Numbered from the stretch's first letter, positions 26,470 through 38,481 are shown. The stretch is 64,000 nt of DNA from Gemmatimonadota bacterium (GCA_032251515.1 JAVVDU010000002.1:17936-81935); one strand, 5' to 3'. Translations and numbers: made by a program. The notes: generated from the letters alone by a model not told the origin.

Positions 26470-28765
26470 GGCCTGGTCCGAGAACGCGCCAGCGGCGCAC
26501 CGCCGGGACGAGCAGCACGGCAAGGGCGGCGGCCAGGCCGAGTCCCGTGAGCGTGAAGCCGAGCCGGAATTCGTCGGGAGCGTAGCGGAACCGGACCACG
26601 TGCCGGCCCTCCGGCACCACGACGGCCCGGAAGGCGACGTTGGCCCGCAGCACCTCGAGCTCCTCGCCGCCCTCCAGCTCGGCCCGCCACGCCGGGTGCC
26701 AGATCTCGCTCACGAACAGGAGGCCGCCCGTCTCGGCCTCCACCTCCAGGTCCACCGCGTCCGGCTCCCAGCGGACCACCCGCGCCGCGCCACGCCCGGC
26801 CGGCGGCGCGCGATCCGTCTCCACAACCACCGCGTCGGCCGGCCGCTCGGCCCGCAGGACGGCCTGCAGGGCGGCCGCCGTGTCCCGCGTCGCCCGCACC
26901 GCGGCGGGAAACCAGGCGTGCGGCCCGTCTCCGGCCACCTCGTGCAGCACGCCGCGCGGGCCGGCGGAGACGGGCTCGAGCAGCGGCGACTCCACCGGCC
27001 CGTCGGTAACGACGAAGCGCAGGTCGAACAGGGGCCACAGACCCGGGTCGCCGAGATTCCGGTACGACAACCCGCCGGTGAGCCGCTCCGTCCACTCGAG
27101 CCGGAAGTTCTGGCTGCCGGTGACGGACGGCACGCGGGCACCCATCAGCTCGTTGGGGCCGAACGTGCGCCGGCCGGGGACCGGGAACACGCGCTCCCCG
27201 GGGGCCAGCTCCGCGCGCATGCGGTCGATCGACTCCGCCGCCGGGAAGGCCTCCTCCGGGGTCAGCGTGGCCAGGTAGCGCCGGTCCACGCGCCACAGGT
27301 CCGCCACGAGGAGCGCGAGGACGGCGAGCAGCGCCGCCGGCTCCGGCCAGCGGCCGCTCGCCACCCCGCGGGCCGCCGCCCCCACCAGGCCGAGCCCGGC
27401 GAGCAGGAGGAGGCCGTTGAGCCGCAGCGCCCCGGTGGCCGCCTCGCCGGGAGCGCCCGCCCCGGCCGGCACGAGGGCCGTCCCGGCCCAGCGCATCATG
27501 CCGGCGGGCGCCAGGGCCGCCGCCAGGCCGAGCAGGAGCAGCGGCGCGGCGGCCACGAGGAGACCCACCCACGGCAGGCCCCCCTGCGTCGCGCGCGCCG
27601 CCCGGATGCGCTCCCAGCCGAAGGCGGCCAGGAGAGCGACGAACAGGGCCACCGGGCCGAGCATCATCGAGGGGGCCCGGAACCGCGAGATGAAGGGGAT
27701 GAGGTGGAAGGCGAGGCGGTGCACCGGGGTCGCGGCCCCCAGCGCGAACAGCAGGCCGAGCGCCGCCAGGGCCCCGAGGGCCGCCACTCGACCGTCGCGG
27801 CGGGCCCGCGTCAGGCCGACCAGGGCGAGCGCGACCGGCACCGCGCCCAGGTACTCCGTGTGGAGCTTGAACGGGTTCGCCCCGCGGTACGTCTCCAGCG
27901 ACCCGAGGAGGTCCGGGAGCACCAGCGCCGTCAGCTCGCCCGGCGGCAGCGCCCAAGACGCGGCGAAGCCGTACCCGGCCTCGCCGGTGCCGCCGCGCAC
28001 GGCGATCTCGAGAATCCGCCACGTCGGCACGAGCTGCGCCGCTCCCACCAGCGCCGCCAGCACGAACGCCCCGGCCACCGCGCCCCCGGCGTGTACGGCG
28101 CGGGACCTGCCCTCCTCCCGGGCCAGCATGGCGATCCGGACCAGCGCGTAGAACAGGAGCAGCAGCGACGAGAAGTACATCAGCTGCACGTGGGGCGTGA
28201 AGATCTGCAGCGCCACGACGAGGCCGAAGCCCGCGAACCAGGCGACCCGGCCCGACGCCAGCCCTTTCTCGAGACAGGCGAAGGCGAGCGGCGTCAGCAC
28301 CATCACGAACATGCGGCCGTCGTGGCCGCCGTACAGGGTGGAGACGACGAAGCCGGTCAGCAGGAACGAGATGCCGGCGACCGCGGCGGCGCTGCGCCCC
28401 AGCCCGAGGGCACGCGCGGCGAACCAGGCGAACACGCCCGACAGGAACGTGTGCAGGACGAACGTCCACCCGATGGCGCGGTGCAGCGGCAGGACCAGGT
28501 ACAACAGGCTCGTGGGATAGAAGACCGGGCCCGGCAGGATGGCCAGGTACGGCAGTCCCCCGTACACGAACGGGTTCCAGAGCGGAAAGCCCCGGCCCGC
28601 CTTCAGCTCCTCGACGGCGAAGGCGCGCAGGTGGTACGCCTGGTCCAGCATGTCCGTGCCGAACAGCATGCGATCCGGCCGCAGGACGAACTCCGCGTAG
28701 AACCCCAGCGTGAGGACCGCGCAGGCCGCCGCGAACAGGGCCCCGGCCGGCGGGCGCCGGGTCAC
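26450..28765 (-). CDS. YfhO-family GT-C-type membrane glycosyltransferase (772 aa)
   Basis: GTG start at residue 217 of the 987-aa ORF. Upstream of that the ORF is the antisense of the methyltransferase gene. N-terminal 10-13 TM helices with a large C-terminal periplasmic domain. YfhO-like length and topology. Confidence 0.55.
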   Translation of the reverse strand: MTRRPPAGALFAAACAVLTLGFYAEFVLRPDRMLFGTDMLDQAYHLRAFAVEELKAGRGFPLWNPFVYGGLPYLAILPGPVFYPTSLLYLVLPLHRAIGWTFVLHTFLSGVFAWFAARALGLGRSAAAVAGISFLLTGFVVSTLYGGHDGRMFVMVLTPLAFACLEKGLASGRVAWFAGFGLVVALQIFTPHVQLMYFSSLLLLFYALVRIAMLAREEGRSRAVHAGGAVAGAFVLAALVGAAQLVPTWRILEIAVRGGTGEAGYGFAASWALPPGELTALVLPDLLGSLETYRGANPFKLHTEYLGAVPVALALVGLTRARRDGRVAALGALAALGLLFALGAATPVHRLAFHLIPFISRFRAPSMMLGPVALFVALLAAFGWERIRAARATQGGLPWVGLLVAAAPLLLLGLAAALAPAGMMRWAGTALVPAGAGAPGEAATGALRLNGLLLLAGLGLVGAAARGVASGRWPEPAALLAVLALLVADLWRVDRRYLATLTPEEAFPAAESIDRMRAELAPGERVFPVPGRRTFGPNELMGARVPSVTGSQNFRLEWTERLTGGLSYRNLGDPGLWPLFDLRFVVTDGPVESPLLEPVSAGPRGVLHEVAGDGPHAWFPAAVRATRDTAAALQAVLRAERPADAVVVETDRAPPAGRGAARVVRWEPDAVDLEVEAETGGLLFVSEIWHPAWRAELEGGEELEVLRANVAFRAVVVPEGRHVVRFRYAPDEFRLGFTLTGLGLAAALAVLLVPAVRRWRVLGPGRVRDAG

Positions 28766-29514
28766 GCGGCGCTCTCCGGCTTCCGGACGACGAAGAACCA
28801 CTGGGGCGAAAGCGCCCGCAGCACGAGGCGCCGCGGAACGCCGGGCAGTCGCCGGAAGAGGCGCCAGGCACGCACGAGGGCCGGGCCACGCAGCCGTCCG
28901 AGCAGGTCGTCGATCGCCGCCTCCGTGATGTCGTCCACCTCGAATCCCGCCGCCTCCATCCGCTCGCGCAGCGCCCGGTAGCCGAGGAACCGGATCCCCT
29001 CGTAGCGGCGGCCACGCCCGGAGAGCCGAAGGTACAGGGTGGCGGCGGGGGCCGGAAGCCAGCTCAGGAACGGCAGCCGGTAGTGGGGCTCGAGCACCGC
29101 GAAGCGGCTGCCGGCCGAGACGTAGGCCCGGCCGCCGCGCCGGAGGACGCGGAACGTCTCGCGTAACAGCCCCGCCACGTCCGGCACGTGCTCGTACAGG
29201 TGGTTGAGCAGCGCGAAGTCGACCGTGCCGTCCCGCAGGGGAAGGCGCAGCACGTCGGCTCCCACCATCCGCGACCGGTCGACCACGAACGACAGGTCGA
29301 TCTCGAAGCCGAGCACGGGGTGCCCGGCCCGTCGCTCGAGGGCGGCGCGGATGAGCCCCGTGCCCGCCCCGAGATCCGCCGCGACGGCGGCCTCCCGGAG
29401 CCACGGCGCGCACAGGTGCCAGATCACCTCTGCCTTGCGTTCGCGGCTGCGAAGGTACGCCTCGGAAGAGACGAGAGCGCCGTAGCGGTCCGCGCCGGCG
29501 TGCTCACGCCCCAC
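28762..29514 (-). CDS. class I SAM-dependent methyltransferase
   Basis: Motif I DLGAGTG. Methyltransf_11/23-like. GTGA overlap with the yfhO-like start. Confidence 0.65.
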   Translation of the reverse strand: MGREHAGADRYGALVSSEAYLRSRERKAEVIWHLCAPWLREAAVAADLGAGTGLIRAALERRAGHPVLGFEIDLSFVVDRSRMVGADVLRLPLRDGTVDFALLNHLYEHVPDVAGLLRETFRVLRRGGRAYVSAGSRFAVLEPHYRLPFLSWLPAPAATLYLRLSGRGRRYEGIRFLGYRALRERMEAAGFEVDDITEAAIDDLLGRLRGPALVRAWRLFRRLPGVPRRLVLRALSPQWFFVVRKPESAA

Positions 29515-30718
29515 GGCGGCGCTCCAGGGCCGTACGGTAGGCCTCCTCCGTCCGGTCCAGCACCGCCCGCCAGCCGAACCGTTCCCGGGCGCGCACGCGG
29601 CCCCGCCGCGCCATGTCCCGCGCCGCGGCCGGGTCCGCCGCGATGCGCTGGAGGGCTTCCGCCAGCGCTCCCGGGTCGCCGGGCGGCACGAGCAGCCCGG
29701 TATGGCCCGGCTCGACGATGTCCGGAATCCCGCCGACGGCGCTCGCTACCACCGGGCGCTCGTAGCGCAGGGCCTCGAGGAGCACCACGCCCAGCCCCTC
29801 GGTGTCGCCCTTCGCATCGACCACGGCGGGCAGCACGAACACGTCGGCCCGGGCGTACTCCTCCTCGAGCCTCCGACGCGACACGAAGCCCGGCATCCGG
29901 ACCCGCCCGGCGAGGCCCAGGGACTCGATCTCCCGGCGGATCGACCGTTCCCGCTCCCCTGCCCCGATCACCGTGAGCTCGGCGCCCGACGCGGCCGGCA
30001 GGCGCGCCACCGCCCGCAGGAGGATCTCCACTCCCTTCCGTTCCACGAGGCGTCCCACGAACAGGATGCGCAGGCGGTCCGGGTCCGCCCCGGCGGCCCG
30101 CGCGACGGGAGCGCCGTCGTCCTCGATCGCGCTGCCGTAGGGAACGACGGACACGGGCCCCGGGGCGAGCGCCTGCACGGCCGCCGCCGTGGAGCGGGAG
30201 ATCGCCGTCACCGCGTCCGCCGTGCGGACCGTCCAGCGCAGGAACGGCAGGAGGGCGGGCAGCCGGTGCCGCACCCAGTTCAGCTCCACGCTGTAGAAGC
30301 TGCACACGACGCCGGCCTTGCCCCCGGACCCGTGCCGCGCGGCAGCCCCGAACAGGGCGTGCGGCATCGGCCAGTGCACGTGCACCACGTCGAGCCCCCG
30401 GCGCCCCAGCCGGTGCGCCGCGTCGGCGCCGGCAGCGAGGTAAGCCGGCAGCAGGAACCCCTGCAGCGGCCGGCGGCGCAGGCGGTCCGGCACGGTCTCG
30501 TCGTGCGTGAGCGTCTCCAGGGCGGCGGGCGCGTAGCGGAAGCGGTGCACGGGGAGAGCGCCCGCGGCGCCCGGCTCCGGTCCGCCGCGGTAGGAAGGCG
30601 CCAGGACGACCGCGTCGTGGCCGGCATCCCGCTGCCGGCGCACCAGCTCGACCAGCCACGGGGTGATCGGATCCCGTTCGTGCCGGGGCCACGCCGTGAC
30701 GACGTGCAGGACGCGCAT
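29504..30718 (-). CDS. GT4-family glycosyltransferase (GT-B fold)
   Basis: C-terminal GT4 signature ...ADVFVLPA..EG.G.V.LEA...RPVVAS..GG..D.V. Confidence 0.8.
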   Translation of the reverse strand: MRVLHVVTAWPRHERDPITPWLVELVRRQRDAGHDAVVLAPSYRGGPEPGAAGALPVHRFRYAPAALETLTHDETVPDRLRRRPLQGFLLPAYLAAGADAAHRLGRRGLDVVHVHWPMPHALFGAAARHGSGGKAGVVCSFYSVELNWVRHRLPALLPFLRWTVRTADAVTAISRSTAAAVQALAPGPVSVVPYGSAIEDDGAPVARAAGADPDRLRILFVGRLVERKGVEILLRAVARLPAASGAELTVIGAGERERSIRREIESLGLAGRVRMPGFVSRRRLEEEYARADVFVLPAVVDAKGDTEGLGVVLLEALRYERPVVASAVGGIPDIVEPGHTGLLVPPGDPGALAEALQRIAADPAAARDMARRGRVRARERFGWRAVLDRTEEAYRTALERRRGA

Positions 30719-30743
30719 GACGGAAGGCTGCGGCCGCGCCGCG

Positions 30744-31721
30744 TCAGCGGGGACCGGACGGGTTCCGGGCCGCCCTCACCTCGCCGCGCAGCTGCTCGAC
30801 TTCGGCACGGAGCCCGGCCACCAGCTCGCCCACGAGCCCCGCCACGAACAGCAGCGCGCCCAGGAGGACGAGCAGCAGGACGAGCGTGAGCAGCGGGCGG
30901 AAACCGGTGTCGCGCACGAACCGGAGCCACAGCGCCGCGAGGCCCACTACCCCGCCCGCGGCGAACAGGACGAGTCCCGTCGTGCCGAAGAACATCAGGG
31001 GCTTGCGCGCGAACACGAGCTGGAACCACACGGCGAGCAGATCGAGGGTACCGACGAGGATCCGGCCGCCGCCCCGGTACTTGGAGGTGCCGTGGCGCCG
31101 GGGGTGCAGGGCGATGTCGATCTCCCCGACCCTCCAACCCCGCACGTGTGCCAGGACGACGAGGTAGCGATGCCAGTCCTCCCGGAGCTGCAGGTCGTCC
31201 AGCACCTCGCGACGCAAAGCCTTCATCGCGTTCATGTCGTGCACCGGGACGCCGAACAGCCGGCGGGCCAGCCCGTTGTAGATCCCCGACACGAGACGCT
31301 TCTCGTAGCGGCCCACCTTGCGGCCGGTCACCACGTCCAGACCGCCTCCGGACTCCAGGGCATCCAGGAAGCGGGGGATCTCCTCGGGGGAATGCTGCAG
31401 GTCGGCGTCGAACACGACGAGGACGGGAGCCTCCGTGGCGGCGGCCCCGGTGACGATCGCCGACGTCTTGCCGCGGTTCCGCCGGTGGCGGAGCAGGCGC
31501 ACCCGGTCCAGCCCCGCCTCGGCCGCCGCGGCGCGCGCCGCGGCGAGCGTGTCGTCCGTCGAGCCGTCGTCGACGAGCACGACCTCTCCCGCGAGTCCGT
31601 GGCGGCCGAACGTGGCGGCCAGCTCGCGGAACAGGTCCGGCATGTTCGCGGCCTCGTCGAGGGCCGGCACGAGGACGGCGAAGCGCGGCGGCGGAGGAGC
31701 CACGCCCCGTTCCGGGCTCAT
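30744..31721 (-). CDS. GtrB/ArnC/CsbB-type GT2 polyprenyl-phosphate glycosyltransferase with C-terminal double TM
   Basis: GT2 DxD (VVFDADLQHSPEE) and VLVPALDEAANM. Two C-terminal TM helices. ATGA overlap with the rpoN stop. Confidence 0.75.
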   Translation of the reverse strand: MSPERGVAPPPPRFAVLVPALDEAANMPDLFRELAATFGRHGLAGEVVLVDDGSTDDTLAAARAAAAEAGLDRVRLLRHRRNRGKTSAIVTGAAATEAPVLVVFDADLQHSPEEIPRFLDALESGGGLDVVTGRKVGRYEKRLVSGIYNGLARRLFGVPVHDMNAMKALRREVLDDLQLREDWHRYLVVLAHVRGWRVGEIDIALHPRRHGTSKYRGGGRILVGTLDLLAVWFQLVFARKPLMFFGTTGLVLFAAGGVVGLAALWLRFVRDTGFRPLLTLVLLLVLLGALLFVAGLVGELVAGLRAEVEQLRGEVRAARNPSGPR

Positions 31722-33157
31722 ACGCGCTTGCGCATCCGGGCGGCGAGGATCCCGAGCTGATCGCGGTACTTCGCGACCGTCCGGCGGGCGATCTGCACTC
31801 CCTCGCCCTTCAGGATGTCCACGATGGCCTGGTCGGTGAGCGGCTTCTTCTCGTCCTCCTCGGCGACGAGCTTCTGGATGCGGGCCCGGATCCCCCGGGC
31901 CGACACGTCCTCCCCGAAGTCGGTCGACAGGCCGCTGGAGAAGAAGAACTTCAGGGGGAGCACGCCGCGGGGCGTCTGCACGTACTTCTCGTTCGTGACG
32001 CGCGACACGGTCGACTCGTGCATGTCGATGTGCTCGGCCACCTCGCGCAGGGTCAGCGGCCGCAGGTGCTCGACGCCCTTCTCGAAGAACTCCCGCTGCC
32101 GGTCGACGATGAAGTGCATCACCTTGAGCATCGTCTGCCGCCGCTGCTCGATCGCCTGGATCATCCACTGCGCCGAGCTGAGCTTCTTCGCGATGAACGC
32201 CTTGTTGTCGCCCTGGTACTTGTTCTTGTCCGCCGCGACCTCGCGGTAGGCCCGCGACAGCTTGAGGCGCGGCAGGGACGAGTCGTTGTGGTACACGTAG
32301 TACTCCCCGTCCACCTTCTCGACCGTCAGGTCAGGGGTGACGTAGTTGTCGCTCGCGTCCGCGTGCCGCAGCCCGGGCTTGGGGTCGAGGCGGGCGATCT
32401 CGTCGGCGGCCGCCTGGACCTCCCGCGCCGGGATCCCGTGCTCCTTCGAGAGCTCGCTCCAGCGGTGAGAGACGAGCTGCTCGAAGTGATCCCGGACGAT
32501 ACGGAACGAGAGCGTCTCCTCCTCGCCGCGGTCGCGCAGCTGGATGAGCAGCGTCTCGCGCAGGTCCCGCGCGCCCACGCCGGTCGGCGAAAACCCCTGG
32601 ATGACCGTCAGAATCGCCTCCGCCTCCTCCACCGTGAACGGCTCCAGATCCTCGCGCATCTCCGGCTCGGCCGAGGCGAGCCAGTCGTTCGCGGCGACGA
32701 CCACGTCCTCCAGCGGGCAGGTGAGGAATCCCTCGCGGTCGATGTTGCCGATGATCTCCTCGCCGAGAAACCGCTCGCGTGGCTCGAGGCGGGTGAGGTT
32801 CAGCTGCTCGCGGAGGTGGTCCCACAGGTCGGGCGGCGCGGCGGGCGTGGGCAGGAAGTCCTGGCGCTCCTCGAAGTCGCCCCGGCGTCCGCCGGCCTCG
32901 AAGCCGTTGAGGAGGATCTCCTCCCAGTCCATCTCGTCCTCTGCCTGCGGCTCCTCTTCCTTGGTCTCCTCCTCCTCTTCCTCGACCGGCTCGGCCAGCT
33001 CGAGGAAGGGGTTCGCCATCATCTCCTGCTTGAGGTGCTGCTGCAGGTCGAGGAGCGGCATGTAGAGAAGGTCCATCGCCTGGTAGAGGCGTGGATTGAT
33101 CTTGAGTTCCTGCCGCATTCCGAGGCTCTGGCTGAGCCCTCTGCGCATGTTGGCCAT
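31718..33157 (-). CDS. rpoN: RNA polymerase sigma-54 factor RpoN
   Basis: N-terminal activator-interacting region I (LSQSLGMRQELKINPRLYQAMDLL), acidic region II, and the RpoN box ARRTVAKYR at the C-terminus. Confidence 0.9.
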   Translation of the reverse strand: MANMRRGLSQSLGMRQELKINPRLYQAMDLLYMPLLDLQQHLKQEMMANPFLELAEPVEEEEEETKEEEPQAEDEMDWEEILLNGFEAGGRRGDFEERQDFLPTPAAPPDLWDHLREQLNLTRLEPRERFLGEEIIGNIDREGFLTCPLEDVVVAANDWLASAEPEMREDLEPFTVEEAEAILTVIQGFSPTGVGARDLRETLLIQLRDRGEEETLSFRIVRDHFEQLVSHRWSELSKEHGIPAREVQAAADEIARLDPKPGLRHADASDNYVTPDLTVEKVDGEYYVYHNDSSLPRLKLSRAYREVAADKNKYQGDNKAFIAKKLSSAQWMIQAIEQRRQTMLKVMHFIVDRQREFFEKGVEHLRPLTLREVAEHIDMHESTVSRVTNEKYVQTPRGVLPLKFFFSSGLSTDFGEDVSARGIRARIQKLVAEEDEKKPLTDQAIVDILKGEGVQIARRTVAKYRDQLGILAARMRKRV

Positions 33158-33227
33158 CGGCCCCCGTGATCCGTTCCGTGTCCCGGTCTGGAGCGTCGTC
33201 TCTCCCCCGAACCGCGCTCGCTCCCTG

Positions 33228-33233
33228 ATAATA
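33228..33233 (-). promoter_or_regulatory. TATTAT -10-like hexamer (minus strand) upstream of rpoN
   Basis: AT-rich hexamer within the 111-bp lptB-rpoN intergenic region. No convincing -35. Confidence 0.15.
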
Positions 33234-33241
33234 GGAGAGTC

Positions 33242-33261
33242 GGGGCGCTACGGCACGCCCC
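33242..33261 (-). terminator. GC-rich hairpin (GGGGCG-N8-CGCCCC) immediately downstream of lptB
   Basis: 6-bp perfect stem with an 8-nt loop, 8 nt after the lptB stop. Followed on the transcript by a pyrimidine/U-containing stretch. Confidence 0.3.
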
Positions 33262-33268
33262 TTGCACT

Positions 33269-33994
33269 TCAGAGCTGAAAATCGAGTCCGAGATACATCT
33301 TCCGGGCCTCCGGATCCTCGACGAGCCGCTGTGCGGGCCCCTCGATGTGGATCCGCCCGTTGAACAGGAGGTAGGCCCGGTCGGTGATCGACAGCGTCTC
33401 GCGGACGTTGTGGTCGGTGATCAGCACCCCGAGCCCGCGCTCCCGCAGCTCCGCCACGATGCGCTGGATGTCGTCCACGGCGATCGGGTCCACGCCCGCG
33501 AACGGCTCGTCCAGGAGCATGAACTTCGGTCGGGTGACGAGCGCGCGGGTGATCTCCAGGCGCCGCCGCTCTCCTCCCGACAGGCTGTCGGCCACGTTGT
33601 CGCGCAGGTGGCCGATGGACAGCTCGTCCAGGAGCTCGTCGAGCCGCCGCTCGCGCTCCTTCCGCGTCAGGTCGAGCGTCTCGAGGATGGCCAGCACGTT
33701 CTCGGCTACCGTGAGCCGCCGGAACACGGACGGCTCCTGCGACAGGTAGCCGATCCCCGCGCGGGCGCGCTTGTACATCGGCACCTTCGTCAGGTCTGTC
33801 GCATCCAGGAGCACCCGTCCCGCATTGGCCTTGAGCAGGCCCACGATCATGTAGAAGGTGGTCGTCTTCCCTGCCCCGTTGGGGCCCAGCAGGCCGACGA
33901 TCTCGCCCTGGCGGACCTCGAGGCTCACGCCGTCCACCACGCGGCGGCGCCCGAACTCCCGCACCAGGTTCTCCGCCCGCAGCACGCTGCTCAT
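33269..33994 (-). CDS. lptB: LPS export ABC transporter ATP-binding protein LptB
   Basis: Walker [11 protein letters not shown], signature [11 protein letters not shown], Walker [11 protein letters not shown]. 241 aa. Immediately upstream of rpoN. Confidence 0.9.
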   Translation of the reverse strand: MSSVLRAENLVREFGRRRVVDGVSLEVRQGEIVGLLGPNGAGKTTTFYMIVGLLKANAGRVLLDATDLTKVPMYKRARAGIGYLSQEPSVFRRLTVAENVLAILETLDLTRKERERRLDELLDELSIGHLRDNVADSLSGGERRRLEITRALVTRPKFMLLDEPFAGVDPIAVDDIQRIVAELRERGLGVLITDHNVRETLSITDRAYLLFNGRIHIEGPAQRLVEDPEARKMYLGLDFQL

Positions 33995-35342
33995 GGGATC
34001 CCTCCCCCGTCGCCGGGCTCCAGGAACACGCCGATCGCGTCGCTGCCCCGCGAATGAGCGGGCTGCCCGTCCTCGAACGCGATCTCGATGCGCGATCCCA
34101 GCATGTAGTTCTTCGACGGAGTCGTCGCGGTGGCCGTGTCTCGCACCGCCGCCGTGAACGACCGGGCCCGGCCGATCGCGACCAGCCGGTCGATCCAGAC
34201 CTCGCCGGCGGTTCCCTCGGCGGTTCCCTCCGCCTCGGGATCCTCGGGTGCCTGCGTGGGCGCGGCCGGGCGGAACGCGGCCCGTACCGTGTCGCCCGCC
34301 ACCCAGTTCGCTCCCGGCCTCGTGTCGAGGACCGGCTCGGCGAGCGGGGCGTCCGGGGCTGCCGCCGCGGAGTCGACTTCCGCCGCCGCGGCGCGTCCCA
34401 CCGCGGTCAGGGAGTCCGCGCGTCCGTCGACGAACCCGAACACGATGGAATCCCCGGCGAGCACGAACTGCTCGGATGACGCCAGGGAGCGGCCGCGGCC
34501 GAACGCCCACAGGGTCTCCACGACGTCTCCGGCGACCACGGCGCGAATCTGCTCGGAATGCATCCGGTGCCCCTCGCCCGTCGCGCGGGCATCGCCGAAC
34601 GAGTGGATCGTGCGCAACTCTCCCACCTCGAACCCGGCCCGGATGCTGTCGCCCTCGAGCTCGAACGCCGGCCCGGTCACGACGGGACGCCCGTACAGGA
34701 CGGCCAGTGCGACCGCCTCCGAGAAGCGGGCGCTGTCGGCCACCGCGCGGATGTCCCCGCGGACCATCACGACATCGCCGCGCGCGAAGGCCTCGGTTTC
34801 GCCCAGGAACTCCGAGACGTCGGCGTCGATCACGGCCGTCGAGATCGCTCCGCTCTCGCCCCGGCCGGAGGGGAGGGTCATTCGCGGCCGTCCCGTGGCG
34901 ACGGTTCGCGATCCCGCGAACGGCGTCCGGAAGAAGCGCGCCGCGGGGCCCTCGAGGGTGGCCCCGGTGGCCAGGCGCACCAGTCGCACCGACCCTTCCG
35001 CCAGGACCTGGTCGGTTCGCCCGAAGAAGGTGAGCCGGTCGGAGTTCAGGGTCCGCGTGGTGTCGCGGTAGCGCACGGAGCCGATCATCACGGCGCGCTC
35101 CAGCGCGGGCCGCCACACGGCGCTGTCTCCGGTCATCACCGCGTCCCCGCAGGTGACCGTCACGGGGCCCGACAGGTAGGCCGTCAGCGTCCCGGAGCCG
35201 TCCGGATCGGGGCGTTCCACGCGCGGGCCCGCACGCACGATGTCGGGCGCGCAGCGCTGCACGCCCTGCGCCCGCAGCCCGCCCCCCGTCGGCACGGCCG
35301 CCGCGAGCGTCAGCGCGGCCGCCGCGACCCTGGCGAGTCGGC

Positions 35343-35346
<4 letters not shown>
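33991..35346 (-). CDS. lptA: long LptA/OstA-N-like periplasmic protein (451 aa, probably tandem OstA-N folds)
   Basis: Signal peptide [19 protein letters not shown]. Repeated beta-jellyroll-like segments. Position between the lptC-like gene and lptB. ATGA overlap with lptB. Confidence 0.55.
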
Positions 35347-37639
<2,293 letters not shown>

Positions 37640-38404
37640 TCAGTTCGGGTCGCGGGCCGCGAGCAGGCGCTCGGCCCTCTCCAGGTCTTCCGGCACATCC
37701 ACGGCCGCCTCGCAGGGACCCGCTACGGCGACGAATACCCCGATGCCCGCCTCCAGGGCCCGCAACTGCTCCAGGCGCTCGAGGCGCTCGAGTCGGGACG
37801 GGGGCAGCGAGACGAAGCGCTCCAGGGCCGGGCGGGTGAAGGCGTACACGCCCACGTGTCGCAACCAGGCACCCGGACCGGCGCCGGCCGAGGCCGCGTC
37901 GAGCCCGTCCTCCGACCACGGGACCGGGGCGCGGCTGAAGTAGAGGGCGCGGCCGTCCGCGGCCCGGACCACCTTCACGTGCGACGGCGAACGCCATTCC
38001 CGCTCCGCCGCGAACGGCGTGGCGAGCGTCGCCACCCCGGTCCGTCCCGCACGCACCGGGGCCAGCACGGCCTCGAGGTGGGCGGGGCTCAGGAACGGCT
38101 CGTCGGCCTGCAGGTTCAGGATCACGTCGAATCCCGCGGCCTCCGGCCGTCGTGCCGCCTCGGCGACCCGGTCGGTACCGGACGGATGCTCCGGGCTCGT
38201 CATCACGACCGTCCCCCCCAGGTCCCGGACCCGCATCGCGATCTCCGGGTCGTCGGTGGCCACCCAGATCTCGTCGATGCCGGAGGCCCGCCGCGCCGCG
38301 CGCCACGTCCACTCGATGAGGGGGCGGCCGGCCAGGGGCTGGAGGGGCTTCCGGGGGAGGCGGCGGCTCCCGATCCTCGCGGGAAGCACGCAGAGGACGG
38401 TCAT
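37640..38404 (-). CDS. kdsB: 3-deoxy-manno-octulosonate cytidylyltransferase KdsB
   Basis: N-terminal PARIGSRRLPRKPL. CMP-Kdo synthetase fold. 254 aa. Confidence 0.85.
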   Translation of the reverse strand: MTVLCVLPARIGSRRLPRKPLQPLAGRPLIEWTWRAARRASGIDEIWVATDDPEIAMRVRDLGGTVVMTSPEHPSGTDRVAEAARRPEAAGFDVILNLQADEPFLSPAHLEAVLAPVRAGRTGVATLATPFAAEREWRSPSHVKVVRAADGRALYFSRAPVPWSEDGLDAASAGAGPGAWLRHVGVYAFTRPALERFVSLPPSRLERLERLEQLRALEAGIGVFVAVAGPCEAAVDVPEDLERAERLLAARDPN

Positions 38405-38448
38405 CGGTCGCGCGCATACGGGGCCGGCCGGATTCCGTTCACGCCCCG

Positions 38449-38479
38449 CAAGGTAGGGCGGCGGCGAAGACGCTGTCAA
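38449..38479 (-). promoter_or_regulatory. candidate sigma-70-like promoter TTGACA-N18-TACCTT upstream of kdsB
   Basis: Perfect -35 hexamer on the minus strand. Weak -10. About 45 nt upstream of the kdsB start. Confidence 0.2.
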
Positions 38480-38481
38480 AG

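Noticed and set aside
28766-29413. N-terminal 216 aa of the 987-aa YfhO ORF
   Set aside because: This part is Arg/Gly-rich and lies exactly antisense to the well-supported methyltransferase gene 28762..29514. The GTG at 28765 gives a proper TM-rich N-terminus.
29504-30718. GT4 gene as BshA (bacillithiol glycosyltransferase)
   Set aside because: There is no specific similarity to BshA beyond the generic GT4 fold, and the gene is embedded in the glycosylation cluster far from bshC. It is mentioned only as a formal candidate.
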